A stretch of DNA of 64,000 nt, from contig CAVYTA010000006.1 of the NCBI GenBank assembly GCA_963771355.1, positions 2,528,001 to 2,592,000 of the forward strand, given 5' to 3'. Positions 41,295 to 52,061 of the stretch are shown piece by piece (position 1 is the stretch's first letter; each line of letters opens with the position of its first letter). A program made the translations under genes and the position numbers. Under the pieces are notes generated by a model. It was not told the DNA's origin. It made no database searches and saw nothing but the letters and a program-made list of their open reading frames with translations. Source of the DNA: an uncultured Candidatus Rokubacteria bacterium (GTDB lineage Bacteria > Methylomirabilota > Methylomirabilia > Rokubacteriales > CSP1-6).

Positions 41295-42144
41295 ATGGAA
41301 GATCGCCACGGCCGAGGGCCGCTTCACCGCGGACGTGGCGGGCCCGGCCGGCGCGCCGCTGGTGCTGCTGCTGCACGGGTTCCCCCAGTCGCGGCACTCC
41401 TGGCGCGAGCAGGTGCCCGCGCTCGCCGCCGCGCGCTATCGCGTCATTGCGCCGGATCAGCGCGGCTACTCGCCCGGCGTGCGGCCGGATCCCGCCGCGG
41501 GCCTTGCCGCCTACAGCGTGGATCGGCTCATCGCGGACGTGCTCGATCTCGCCGCCGCCGAGGGGCATGGCGCGAAGCCCTTCCACCTGGTCGGCCACGA
41601 CTGGGGCGGTCATGTCTCGTGGGCGGTGGCGCACCGGCATCCCGAGCGTGTGGCATCCCTGACCATCCTGTCGCGGCCCCATCCGGCCGCCTTTCGCCGC
41701 GCCTTTCGCGAGAACGCGGACAATCAGCAGCATCGCTCCCGTCACCACAAGATCTTCCACGACCCCGCCACCGCGGACCTCTTGCTCGAGGACGGAGGCC
41801 GGCGCTTCAAGCGCAACCTCGCGAATCAGGGCGTGGGCGAGGCGGCGATCGAGGAGTACTACTCGGTGCTGGGCGAGCGCCCGGCGCTCGAGTCGGCGCT
41901 GGCCTGGTATCGCGCGGCGGGCGCGCTCACAGGCACCGAGGTGGGCTCAATCACGGTGCCCACCCTGTATATCTGGGGCGACGCGGACGCCACCGTTGGC
42001 CCGAGCGCGGCTCAATGGACGGCGGAGCACGTGACGGGACCGTATCGCTTCGAGACGGTGCCCGAGGCCGGCCACTTCCTGACGGATCAGGCACCCGCCG
42101 CGATCACGCGGCTGCTCCTCGAGCATCTGACCGCCCACCGCTGA
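41295..42144 (+). CDS. Alpha/beta hydrolase (epoxide hydrolase-like); apparent indel just after the ATG
   Basis: LLHGFP, PDQRGYS, VGHDWGG, IWGDAD, GHF. Confidence 0.87.
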
Positions 42145-42145
42145 G

Positions 42146-45100
42146 CTAGCGCCGCGCGCGGTCCTCGATCTCGAGGATCGCGGGCAGCGACGCGAATCCC
42201 GCCTGCAGGCCGGGATCTCGAGTCCGCGCGCGGAGATCAGATATGGTGGCCAAGGCCGCGCGATCCGCGGCCCGCGCCTCCTCCGCCCGGCCGCATGCCG
42301 CGTGGAGGCGCGCGAGGGCGGCATGGCTCTGCCAGATCAGCCGAGGCTGGCCGATGGCCTCCACGATGGCGAGCGCGCGACGGAGCGCATCCTCCGCCTC
42401 GCCCCAGGCGCGCCGTGCCACCGCGCTCTCGCCTTTGATCCGCCACGCCCAGCCCTCGTACTTGGGCGAGCTCCCCGGCGGCGCCGTCTCGAGGCTCTGC
42501 GCGGCGAAGCGCCGGGCGGCGTCGGCGTCATCCCGCAGCAGAGCGAGCTGGCCCAGGCTCGCGTAGCAGTGCGTCCCATAGCGCCACGTCATCCAGCGGG
42601 ACGGTGGCGGATGCTTGACGGTGTGGAGCGACTCGTCCAGGGCCTGGGCGGCGCTCGCGAGATCTCCCCGAGCCATGAAGGCGTCGGCCTCGTTGTTGCG
42701 GATGAAGGCCCGCCGCTCCGCCCCGCTGCCGTGGCCGGCGCGGGAGGAGCGTCCGGTGACCTCGTAGGACTGCTCGGACAGCGCGATGCCCGCGTCGAAG
42801 TCGCCGCAGTCGAGCCGGAGGAACCCGAGCGTATTGAGGAAGCGCGGGATCAACGCCTCGTCGCCGACTTTCTCGGCCAGGGCGAGGCCTTCGACCAGCG
42901 TGGCGAGCGCCCGATCGTACTCCCCCATCTCGTGGCAGGCCAGCCCCTGGTTCCATAGGCAGCGGATGAGGGGAATGACGAGGCGATGCTCCCGGGCGAG
43001 CCGGACGCCTTCTTCGCCGAACGCCAGACTCTCGCGATACTGCCCCTTCCAGGTGCGGTTGGCCGCCATGAGTTGCAGCACGAGCGCCTGGCGGTTTGCG
43101 TCATCCATGGTCCGCCCGATCTGCAGGGCGCGGGCGAGGTCGACTTGGGCCACCTCGAGCCGACCATTGAGCGCGTTCAGATAGCCTCGAGTGTAGAGTC
43201 CCCCTCCCAGCGGGCCCTGCGCCCCCACGGTCTCCGCGATCTCGATCGCGTTCCGCGCGCGCTCGTGAGCCGCGGGGAAGTCCTCGAGCCACTGGAACGC
43301 AATGGCCACTTGCACGAGCGCGTCCGCCTCCGCGGGACGATCCTGGACGCGCCGCGCGAGGGCGACGAGCTGCTCGGCCTCCTCGCGCGAGCGGACGAAC
43401 TCGCCGAGTCCGAACAAGAGGTCGGCTCGCGCGCGGTGGATGGCGATGAGGGTGGCCGCGGGCACCCGATCCGCCAGCCGGCCCGCCGCCACCAGGGCCT
43501 CGGCGTAGTAGGCCACCGCCTGGCGGAGGCCGAAGGCCTGGGTGGCTTTCTCGGCCGCCTTGACGAGATAGTCCAGCGCGCGCGGCCAGTCCTCGGCCTT
43601 CGAGAAATGGTGGGCGAGCATTTCGTAGTGCTCGGGCAGCCGGTCTGCGTACAGCTCCTCGATGGCCCGGCCCACGAGGGCATGCAGCTCCCGGCGCCGC
43701 TGGACGAGGAGGGAGTCGTAGGCCACGTCCTGGGTGAGCGCGTGCTTGAACATGTAGGCCAGCTCGGGATAGAGCCGGCGCTCGAAGATGAGCTCGAGCG
43801 CGGTGAGCTCCCGGAGGAAGTCGTCACTGCGCTCCCGGATCTCCGCGAGGCGCTCCACCAGACGCCGCGTGAACTCACGGCCGATCACCGCGGCGAGCTG
43901 GAGCGTTCGCTTGGGGGCCTCGGCGAGGCGGTCGATGCGGGCGGCGATCACGTCCTGGATCGAGCCCGGAACGGCCAGTGCGGTCAGGGGTTGCGTCAGA
44001 GCGAAGCGACCTTCCACGCGGCGGATCGCCCCGCTCTCCTCCAGCGACTTCACCAGCTCCTCGACGTAGAACGGGTTGCCCTCGGCCTTGGCGCCGATCA
44101 CCGACCGCAGCGCGTCGGGCAGAACGTCGGCGGCGAGGACAGCGGCGGCCATGCGCGCGCTGTCGTCCGCCGAGAGCGCGGCGGGCACCACCCGGGTAAA
44201 GTAGCTCCGCTCGCCGAAGGGATTCGCGTAGCCCGGCCGGTAGGTGAAAATGAGGAGGACCCGCCGGGCCGGGATGCTGTCCATCAACGTCGCCAGGAAC
44301 TGCTCACTGGCGGTGTCGATCCAGTGCAGGTCTTCGATCACGAGCACCTGCGGCCGGCGCTCGGCGGCGCGGACGAGCAACCGCCGTACCGCGTCGAAGG
44401 TCTCGTTGCGCCGCTGGCGCGGACTCATGGCTCGCACCTCCGCGTCGCCTGGGTCCACCGACAAGAGCGCGCGCAGATACGGCGTGATGGGCGCCGGGTC
44501 CTCGCCCGTCAGCGCCACGCCGCTCTCGATCTTCGCGCCGATGGCCGCCTCGTCATCCGTATCCTCGATGCCGAACCCGCGCCGCACCAGATCGATGAGG
44601 GGATGGAAAGTCATGGCGCCGCCGAAGGAAAGGCAATGCCCTTCCTGCCACGTCGCGTGGTCGCTCACCCGCCGCCTCAGCTCGAGGAGGAGCCGCGACT
44701 TCCCGATACCCGCGTCGCCGACGAGGAATACGGCCTGGCCCTGGCCGGCGCGAGCTCGCTCGAAGGCGTCGAGGAGCAAGCTCAGCTCGCGCTCCCGGCC
44801 GACGAACGGGGTGAGACCCCGCTCCGATTCGACCTCGAGCCGCGTGCGCGTCTCATGCTCGGCGATGATCTCCCACGCGCTCACCGGCTCGGCCTTGCCC
44901 TTGAGGTGGACCTCGCCGATTCGCCGGGTCTCGAAGTAGCCGTGGACCAGGCGGTGGGTGGCCTCGGAGATGGTTATCCGCCCCGGCTCTCCCGTCTGCT
45001 GGAGCCGCGCCGCCACATTGGTGGTGTCGCCCACCGCCGTATAGTCCATGCGGAGGTCGCCGCCGATGCTGCCCACCACCACCAGCCTGTATTGAGGCCT

Positions 45101-45636
45101 TGCCGGGCCCGGAACGTGATGCCGCGGGGAGCGAGCTCTTGCTGGAATCCCGCGAGGGCGCGCTCGATGCCCAGCGCGGCGCGCACCGCCCGGCGCGCGT
45201 GGTCCTCGTGCGCGATGGGCGCGCCGAACAGCGCCATGATGCCGTCGCCCAGGAACTGATTGACCGTACCCTCGTTCCGGTGCACCTCGGCGAGCATGAG
45301 CTCGAAGGCACGGCTCATGAGCCCGTGGACGTCCTCGGGATCCAGGCGCTCGGACAGCGACGTGAAGCCCGACACGTCCACGAACAGCACCGTCACCTGC
45401 TTGCGCTCGCCCTGGAGCGCGCTCGCGCTGGTGAGGATCTTCTCGGCGAGATGCTTGGGGGTATAGGCGCGAGGCGACACGGCTCCCTCGAGCGAGGCGC
45501 CGCACTGATGGCAGAAGCGATTGTCGGGCGGGTTGGGCGCCCGGCAGGCGGGGCAGCGCGTCTCGAGGGGCGCGCCGCACCCGCCGCAGAAGCGTACGCC
45601 CGCTGGATTATCCTGGGCGCAGCCCGGGCAAATCAA
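42146..45636 (-). CDS. Double zinc ribbon - class III nucleotide cyclase - AAA ATPase - TPR protein, frameshift near 45087
   Basis: Four CxxC pairs; VTVLFVD..GFT, FLGDG, GDTTNVAAR; Walker A GDAGIGKS; Walker B IEDLHW; GNPFYVEE; helical repeats. Confidence 0.9.
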
Positions 45637-45641
45637 TTCAC

Positions 45642-46422
45642 TCAGCTACGGTACGAAGGATCGGTACGGTCGAGCCGCCGCAGCAGCCCCGGCCAGACCA
45701 GCGCGCCCTGCCCGCCGCGCGGCCGCTGGGCCGTGGCCACCCGGGCATACCCCTCGTCCATGACTTGCTTGGGCACCGGGATCAGCTCCCCGCCGCCCGA
45801 TTGCGCCCGCACCTGGATGGCGCAGGAGGCCTCGAGGTAGTACATCGCGACGAAGGCGTCGGCCACTGTCTCGCCCACGGTGAGGAGGCCGTGGTTGCGC
45901 AGGATGAGCGAGGAGTTGTCGCCGAGATCCTTCGCGAGGCGCGGCTTCTCGTCGTCGTTCAGCGCGGGCCCCTCGAAGTCGTGATAGCCGAGGGTCTTGA
46001 GCACGAACATCGAGTGCTGCGAGATGGGCAGGAGGCCGGCGCGCTGCGCGGACACCGCCACCCCGTTCAGCGTATGGGTGTGGAGCACGCACTTGGCGTC
46101 GTGGCGCACGGCATGGATGGCGCTGTGGATCACGAAGCCCGCCTGGTTCACCGGGTACTCGGAGCCGTCCAGCTTCTGACCCTCCTGGTCGATCTTCACC
46201 AGGCTGGAGGCGGTGATCTCGTCGAAGAAGACGCCATAGGGATTGATGAGGAACTGGTCCTCGGTATCCGGGACCCGCGCCGAGATGTGGGTGAAGACGA
46301 GATCCTCCCAGCCGTAGCGGGAGACGAGACGGTAGGCGGCGGCGAGGTCCACGCGCACCGCCCATTCCTCGGGAGACACCTTGCCCTGCAGCGACGGAAA
46401 CTCGAGCGCGGATGCCGGACAT
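45642..46422 (-). CDS. Class II aldolase/adducin family protein; apparent indel just after the ATG
   Basis: VDLAAAYR, THIS, FLINPYG, IHSAIH, LHTH, LRNHG. Confidence 0.9.
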
Positions 46423-46438
46423 GGGACGGTCCTTTTCT

Positions 46439-47587
46439 CTAGCGAAGGTTGTAGAGTCGCGCCACGTTGTCGTGGGTGATCTTGCGGCGCACGCTGTCGG
46501 AGAAGCCTGCGAGGTTCTTGCCGAGGATGGTGTGCGAGTTCGGCCACAGGCAGTCGGGGTGCGGGTAGTCCGCGCCCCAGATGATGTTGTCCTCGCCGAT
46601 AAGCGGCACGATGGGCTCGAGGTACTGGTCCTGCTGATACGTGACGAAGCCCTGGCGCCGGAAGTAGTCGCTGGGCTTGAGCTTGAAGCCGAGCGCGCGG
46701 GCGCGATCCTCATACTCGGTGTCGAGCCGGTCGAACACGTACGGCAGCCAGGTCACGCCGGACTCGCCGAGCACGAACTTGAAGTTCGGATACTCCTCGC
46801 AGGCGCCGGAGGCGATGATGGACACCAGCACCTCCATGGTGTCGAGCTGGAACAGGGCGGAGCGCACCAGCCGCCACTGCACCATGTAGTCCTTCTCCAT
46901 CTGCGGATTGTCCGGCGTGCGGAGGCCCTTGAAGCCGGTGGAGTGGAAGGAGATGGGGAAGTCGCACTCCGCCGCCGCTTCCCACAGCGCGTACCAGTCG
47001 CGGTGATAGATGGGCAGCGCCATCCGCTTGAAGGCGAGATCGCCGCCGCGCAGGCCCAGCTTGGCGCAGCGCCGGACCTCGGCGGCCGCGTCCTTGGGAT
47101 CGTTGTTGGGGATGATGGCGAGCGGGAACACCCGGTTCGGATCGCTCGCCTTGGCGAAGTCGGCCGCCCACGTGTTGTAGATCGAGTTCGCCCACGCGCG
47201 CTGCGCGCCGTCGGCGATCAGGTCGTTGATCATCAGGCAGCCGTAGATGATCTCCTTGTCGAGGCCGTCGCGATCGAGATCGGCCAGGCGCAGCTCCGGG
47301 GTGGTCGGGCGCGGCCGGGCCCCGCGCGTGTAGTTCCACTCGAAGCCCGCGTCCTTCATCTCGTCGATGTGGGCGAAGACGCCCTTGGTGTACGGGAGGA
47401 AGCCCGGCCCCACCCCGTTCCACATGCCCCGGTCCACCGCGTCCACGAACCAGTGGCAGCCGTCCTCGAGCTCCTCCACCCGCGGGACCAGGAGCTTCCA
47501 CTTGGCCGGGGCCTGGGACGACCAGAGGTCGGGCGGGCAGTAGGTCAGGTCGATGTGGTTGTCGCCCGAGATGAGCCGGTCGGTCAT
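46439..47587 (-). CDS. Amidohydrolase family 2 protein
   Basis: ISGDNH, ISFH, ESGVTWLP, KPSDYFRRQ, WGADYPH. Confidence 0.9.
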   Translation of the reverse strand: MTDRLISGDNHIDLTYCPPDLWSSQAPAKWKLLVPRVEELEDGCHWFVDAVDRGMWNGVGPGFLPYTKGVFAHIDEMKDAGFEWNYTRGARPRPTTPELRLADLDRDGLDKEIIYGCLMINDLIADGAQRAWANSIYNTWAADFAKASDPNRVFPLAIIPNNDPKDAAAEVRRCAKLGLRGGDLAFKRMALPIYHRDWYALWEAAAECDFPISFHSTGFKGLRTPDNPQMEKDYMVQWRLVRSALFQLDTMEVLVSIIASGACEEYPNFKFVLGESGVTWLPYVFDRLDTEYEDRARALGFKLKPSDYFRRQGFVTYQQDQYLEPIVPLIGEDNIIWGADYPHPDCLWPNSHTILGKNLAGFSDSVRRKITHDNVARLYNLR

Positions 47588-47646
47588 GACGCGCTCCTTT
47601 GCGGGACGAAGGACAAGGGGGCTACGGATCGGTTCCCGGCATCATA

Positions 47647-48543
47647 TCAGATCTGACCCTCCCAGGAAGCGGACGCCACGGCCTTCCAGCGGGCGCGGAT
47701 CCGCTCGCGCTCGGCCTCGGGCAGCCGGCCGTCACCCAGCAGTGCCGCGTTCTGCCGCCAGCGATCGGGCTTGGTGGTGCCGACGATGGCGGTGTGCACG
47801 CCCGGCACGCCGAGGGTGAAGCGCAGCGCCGTCTTCACCGCGGCGTCGCCCTTCCCCGGGAGAAAGGGATAGTCCAGCTTCCGGAGGCGCTCCCAGTACT
47901 CCTGGTAATAGGCTTCCGCGGGCTTTCGCGCATAGCGCCAGGCCACGTTGGCCAGCGGTCGCTTGGCGATGACGCCCAGCCCCGCCGCGCGCGCCGCCGG
48001 CAGGGTCAGCTCGATCGCCTCCTGATCCGCGATGCTCACCGAGGTCTGCAGCGTGTCGAAGCGGCCGGACTCCACCGCCCAGCGCGCGGCCTCGCCGTCG
48101 CCGCTATAGCCGATGTAACGGGTCCACCCGCGGCTCCGCGCTGACTCCAGGGCGGTGATGGCGTCACCGCGCTGGAGCACCTCCAGCCCGCACGAGTGGA
48201 GCTGGATGAGATCGAGATGGTCGGTGGCGAGCCGGCTCAGGCTGCGCTCGATGCTGCGCAGGAGCGCCCCGGGCCGCCAGTCCGACCGCGCCTCCGCGCG
48301 CGCGTGGCCACACTTGCTGAAGAGGTAGACTTCCCGCCGCCGCCCCCCGAGCGCCTTGCCGATCAGCTCCTCGCTGTCCTCGTAACATTCGGCGGTGTCG
48401 ATCACGTTGAGCCCCGCGTCGAGCGCGCCGCCGAGGAGCCGCGCCACCGTCTTCGCGCTCACGCGCTGGTACCCGATCTCCGAGCCGCCGAAGCCCAGCA
48501 CGCTCACGTCCATGTCCGTCTTGCCCATGCGCCGCCGTTCCAT
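47647..48543 (-). CDS. Aldo/keto reductase
   Basis: IDTAECY, SEELIG, SKCG, DLIQLH, IGYS. Confidence 0.92.
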   Translation of the reverse strand: MERRRMGKTDMDVSVLGFGGSEIGYQRVSAKTVARLLGGALDAGLNVIDTAECYEDSEELIGKALGGRRREVYLFSKCGHARAEARSDWRPGALLRSIERSLSRLATDHLDLIQLHSCGLEVLQRGDAITALESARSRGWTRYIGYSGDGEAARWAVESGRFDTLQTSVSIADQEAIELTLPAARAAGLGVIAKRPLANVAWRYARKPAEAYYQEYWERLRKLDYPFLPGKGDAAVKTALRFTLGVPGVHTAIVGTTKPDRWRQNAALLGDGRLPEAERERIRARWKAVASASWEGQI

Positions 48544-48578
48544 CGTGCGTGAAGTCCTCCGTGCTATGATCCGTCGCC

Positions 48579-49547
48579 GTGAGCCCCGAGCGTGTCGAGG
48601 TCGGCGTGCTGCTGCCCACGCGCGACGCGGTGATGTCGGGCCGCTTCGAGACCGCGCCGCTCCTCGCCATGGCGGAGCAGGTGGAGGCGGCGGGGTACGA
48701 CTCGATCTGGGTGGGCGATTCGTTGCTCGCGCGCCCGCGCTTCGAGCCCCTCACCCTCCTCGCCGCGGTCGCCGCCCGCACACGCCGCGCCCGACTCGGC
48801 ACCGCCGTCCTCCTGCCCGCCCTCCGCCATCCGCTCGTGCTCGCGCATCTGGTGGCCACGGTAGATCGCCTCGCCGAGGGTCGCCTCCGGCTCGGCGTGG
48901 GCATCGCGCCCGACTCCCCGGCGGTGCGACGCGAGTTCGAGGCGGCGGGCGTGCCCTTCAAGCAGCGCGTCGGCCGCCTCGAGGAGACTCTGGCGATCTG
49001 CCGGCGGCTCTGGGCCGACGAGGGCGGCGAGCGCGGCGTGACGGTGGCGGGACGCTACTGGAGTCTCGAGGGCGCGCGCCTCCTCCCCACCCCGCATCTG
49101 CCCGGCGGCCCGCCCATCTGGATGGGCGGCGAGGTGGAAGCGGCCACGCGCCGGGCCGGCCGCCTGGCCGATGCCTGGCTCCCCAACAGCGTCACGCCCG
49201 AGGCCTGGGCCGAGGGCTGGGCGCGCGTGCGGGAGACCGCGCGCGCGGAGCGCGGACGCGCCGAGGCGATCACCCCCGCGCTGTACACCACCATCAATGT
49301 GGGGCGCGACACGCGGAGCGCCGAGGTCGAGCTGCGGCAATTCGTGGAGACCTACTACGCGGCGCCGTACGAGACCATCGCCCGCATCCAGGGCTTCCAC
49401 GCGGGCGATGCCGCGAGCTGTCTCGAGCGTCTCCAGGGTTTCATCCGGGCCGGCGTGCGGCACATCGTCCTCCGTTTCGGCGGCGGTGACCAGGCCACCC
49501 AGCTCGAGCGCGCCACGCGCGAGATCTTGCCGCGGCTCCGGGGCTGA
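48579..49547 (+). CDS. LLM-class (F420/flavin) oxidoreductase
   Basis: GYDSIWVGD, LGTAV, GRLRLGVG, PPIWMGG. Confidence 0.9.
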   Translation: MSPERVEVGVLLPTRDAVMSGRFETAPLLAMAEQVEAAGYDSIWVGDSLLARPRFEPLTLLAAVAARTRRARLGTAVLLPALRHPLVLAHLVATVDRLAEGRLRLGVGIAPDSPAVRREFEAAGVPFKQRVGRLEETLAICRRLWADEGGERGVTVAGRYWSLEGARLLPTPHLPGGPPIWMGGEVEAATRRAGRLADAWLPNSVTPEAWAEGWARVRETARAERGRAEAITPALYTTINVGRDTRSAEVELRQFVETYYAAPYETIARIQGFHAGDAASCLERLQGFIRAGVRHIVLRFGGGDQATQLERATREILPRLRG

Positions 49548-49599
49548 TCTTGCACCCATCCCGCGCGCCACGCTAGAGTGGCTCCAGGAGGATCACCCC

Positions 49600-50100
49600 A
49601 TGGCCCAGACCCTCGAGCAGTTCGCCGCCGCCTGCCGCCGCGTGCTGGAATCCGATCCCGGCCCGGAGGGACGGAAGAAGGTATGCGCCCTCGTCCAGGA
49701 CATGCTCAAGGACAAGGCCTTCACCGACGCGCATCTGAGCGACGAGACGCCCGAGCGGAAGATCCTCTACGAAGATCCCAAGCTCGGCTTCTGCATCCTC
49801 GCCCACGTCTACAAGGGCGCCAAGGAGAGCAACCCCCACGACCATGGCTCGACCTGGGCCATCTATGGCCAGGCCGACGGCTCCACCGTGATGAGCGACT
49901 GGGAGGTGCTCCAGCCCGCCACCGCGACCGTGCCCGGCAAGGTGCGCCGCGCCCGGAGCTATACGCTCGAGCCCGGCATGGCGAAGGTCTACAACGAGGG
50001 CGACGTGCACTCGCCACGCCGCGAGGGACCCACCCGGCTCATCCGCATCGAGGGCCAGAACACGGACCGCATCAAGCGCTTCGCCTTCGAGAAGGCGTGA
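49600..50100 (+). CDS. Cupin / cysteine dioxygenase-like protein
   Basis: PHDHG..WAIYG and VHSP His motifs; AGGAGG RBS. Confidence 0.75.
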   Translation: MAQTLEQFAAACRRVLESDPGPEGRKKVCALVQDMLKDKAFTDAHLSDETPERKILYEDPKLGFCILAHVYKGAKESNPHDHGSTWAIYGQADGSTVMSDWEVLQPATATVPGKVRRARSYTLEPGMAKVYNEGDVHSPRREGPTRLIRIEGQNTDRIKRFAFEKA

Positions 50101-50110
50101 GCCGCCGGCG

Positions 50111-50443
50111 GTGGTCAAGAGCCTCTCGCTGCTGACGCGCAAGGCGGGGATGACCCACGAGCAGTTCGTCAAGCACTGGGTGGAGGTGCACGCTCCCCTC
50201 GCCCATGCCGTGCCCGGCCTCCGGCGCTACGTGCAGTCCCATATCCTGGAGGAGCGCCGGCGGCCCGACATCCCCGCCACCGAGGTGGAGGTGGACGGCA
50301 TCGCCGAGCTCTGGTTCGACGACGCGGACGCCCTCGCGCGCGGCTTCGCCTCGGCGGAAGGGAAGGCGCTGCACGCCGACGGCGCGCTCTTCATCGGGCG
50401 GATCAAGAGCTACACGACGGAAGAGCGCGTCATCATCGGCTGA
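50111..50443 (+). CDS. EthD-family protein
   Basis: RK.GMT.EQF..HW...H.PL, PGLRRYVQ, DGIAELWF. Confidence 0.88.
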   Translation: MVKSLSLLTRKAGMTHEQFVKHWVEVHAPLAHAVPGLRRYVQSHILEERRRPDIPATEVEVDGIAELWFDDADALARGFASAEGKALHADGALFIGRIKSYTTEERVIIG

Positions 50444-50453
50444 AGACTCTCCG

Positions 50454-51817
50454 CTAGGAGCGCAGCGGACCAGCCAGCGGGTGCAGCACGTCGATCGCCC
50501 AGCCCAGTTCCAGGCGCTCGCCCAGCCAGTCCGGGTGGGCCGTCGCGCGCCGATGCGAAGGCCCTCGGCGTCGTGACGCGCCCGGAGGATCGCGACAGAG
50601 TCTCCGGGGCCTGCAGCGGAGGGCGGCACCTCAGGGAGCGGGCGGCCGTCGGGTCGCCGGAACTGGAGCGTCCCGTCAGGCCCGCGCGCGACCTGGTAGC
50701 CCTCCTCGTGCACCGCGCGGTGATGCCGGCGGCAGAGCAGCGCGAGATTCGAGAGCTTCGTCGGGCCGCCCTGCGCCCAGTGGTGGAGATGATGGGCCTG
50801 AACGACCCGCACGCCGCACCCGGGAAAGCGGCAGGTCCGGTCTCGATGCAGGAGCGCGCGGCGCAAGGCGGGCGGAATGGTCCGGGTCCGCGCTCCGATC
50901 TCCACGACACGCCCCCCTTGGTCGTGGCGCACGACTACCCGGCTCGCGTCACACGCCAGGCGGCGGGACGTTCCCGCGGGAACGTGGGCGCCGTCCTCGA
51001 GAGCGGACTGGCCCGGCTGATCCGGATCGGCCAGCACCGCGGCGTCGACATGGACGACCACTTGGTAGCGCTCCCCCGGCGCGCCCGGATCGAGGGCGTG
51101 GTGCAGCGCCGACTCCGCCACCAGCGCTAGCGCGTCCGCCTGCTGCTGGGCCACCGTCGGACGCTTCTCCACCGGCTCTGCCGGCTCCGCCGCTCTACCG
51201 CGCCGGCGTGCGGTTCCCGCTGGGCCTTCTGATAGAGCACCTCGCGCCCCGCCTCCAGGGCACGCCGCAGGAGTGCTCCCGCCTCCGGCGTGAGCCGGCC
51301 CCGCACCACCACCATGCCGTCTTCGTCATCGTAGACCTGGAGCCCCCGGCCTTCGTGGTGCCGGGCGGCCTTCCGCGCCTCGGCCCGGCGATCCACTTGC
51401 CGCCAACTCTGCACGATGCGCTCGACATGCTCGGCCGTGCCCGCCCGCCCGACGGCAAGCAGCCGAGCTTCGGTCTCCGGCGTGGCGACGCGAGTGAGCG
51501 CACGGACCTTGGAATAGGACAGCTCCCCGCGGGCCAGGGCCTCGGTCAGCCGGGGCAGCGTCCCGAGGGCGCGCGCGACACGGACCCGCTCCCGAGCCGC
51601 GCCCTTGTCCAAGCCCTACCCGCCAGCCGAGCCACTCGGCGCAGGAGGGGAAGCCCGTGTTCCACCCGCCCCGCGCGTCGAACTCGCGGATCAGGGCCAG
51701 CAGGCGCGCGGTGGCGGCATCGAGGTGCGCGGACAGCTCCGCGATCTCGTCGCCGAGCCGCTCCAGCTCGGCGGTGGGTGGGGGCGTGGCCAGCACGGCG
51801 GATGTTTGGGATCCCAT
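50454..51817 (-). CDS. DUF222 (13E12-repeat-like) HNH endonuclease, frameshifts near 51612, 51180 and 50550
   Basis: EFDARGGW..GFPSCAEWL.WR, GELSYSKVRALTR, RRLACD, RD..CRFPGC, HH..HW..GG.T...NL..LCRRHH..VH. Confidence 0.85.
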
Positions 51818-52061
51818 GGCGAGTCCTCCCTCTGCTTGGACGACTCTACACCCTGGTTTTCGCGACTCCGGAACGCGCACGGAGCGAGCGATCAGTCGGC
51901 GTCAAATGATTTTCGGTCGCCACCCGGCTGAACGCGTTCCGATGGGCCCGGGCGGAGCGCTGAGCCCGCACGTCACGAAGGCCGTCGCCGCGCGGGGAAT
52001 TCACCCGCCAGGAGTGTCAAGCCGAAAAACTCGTCAGGACCGGAGAGGTGCTCGCCCGGGC

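Noticed and set aside
45080..45095. Programmed ribosomal frameshifting in the cyclase or other broken genes
   Set aside because: No slippery heptamers at the breaks; the pattern fits sequencing indels
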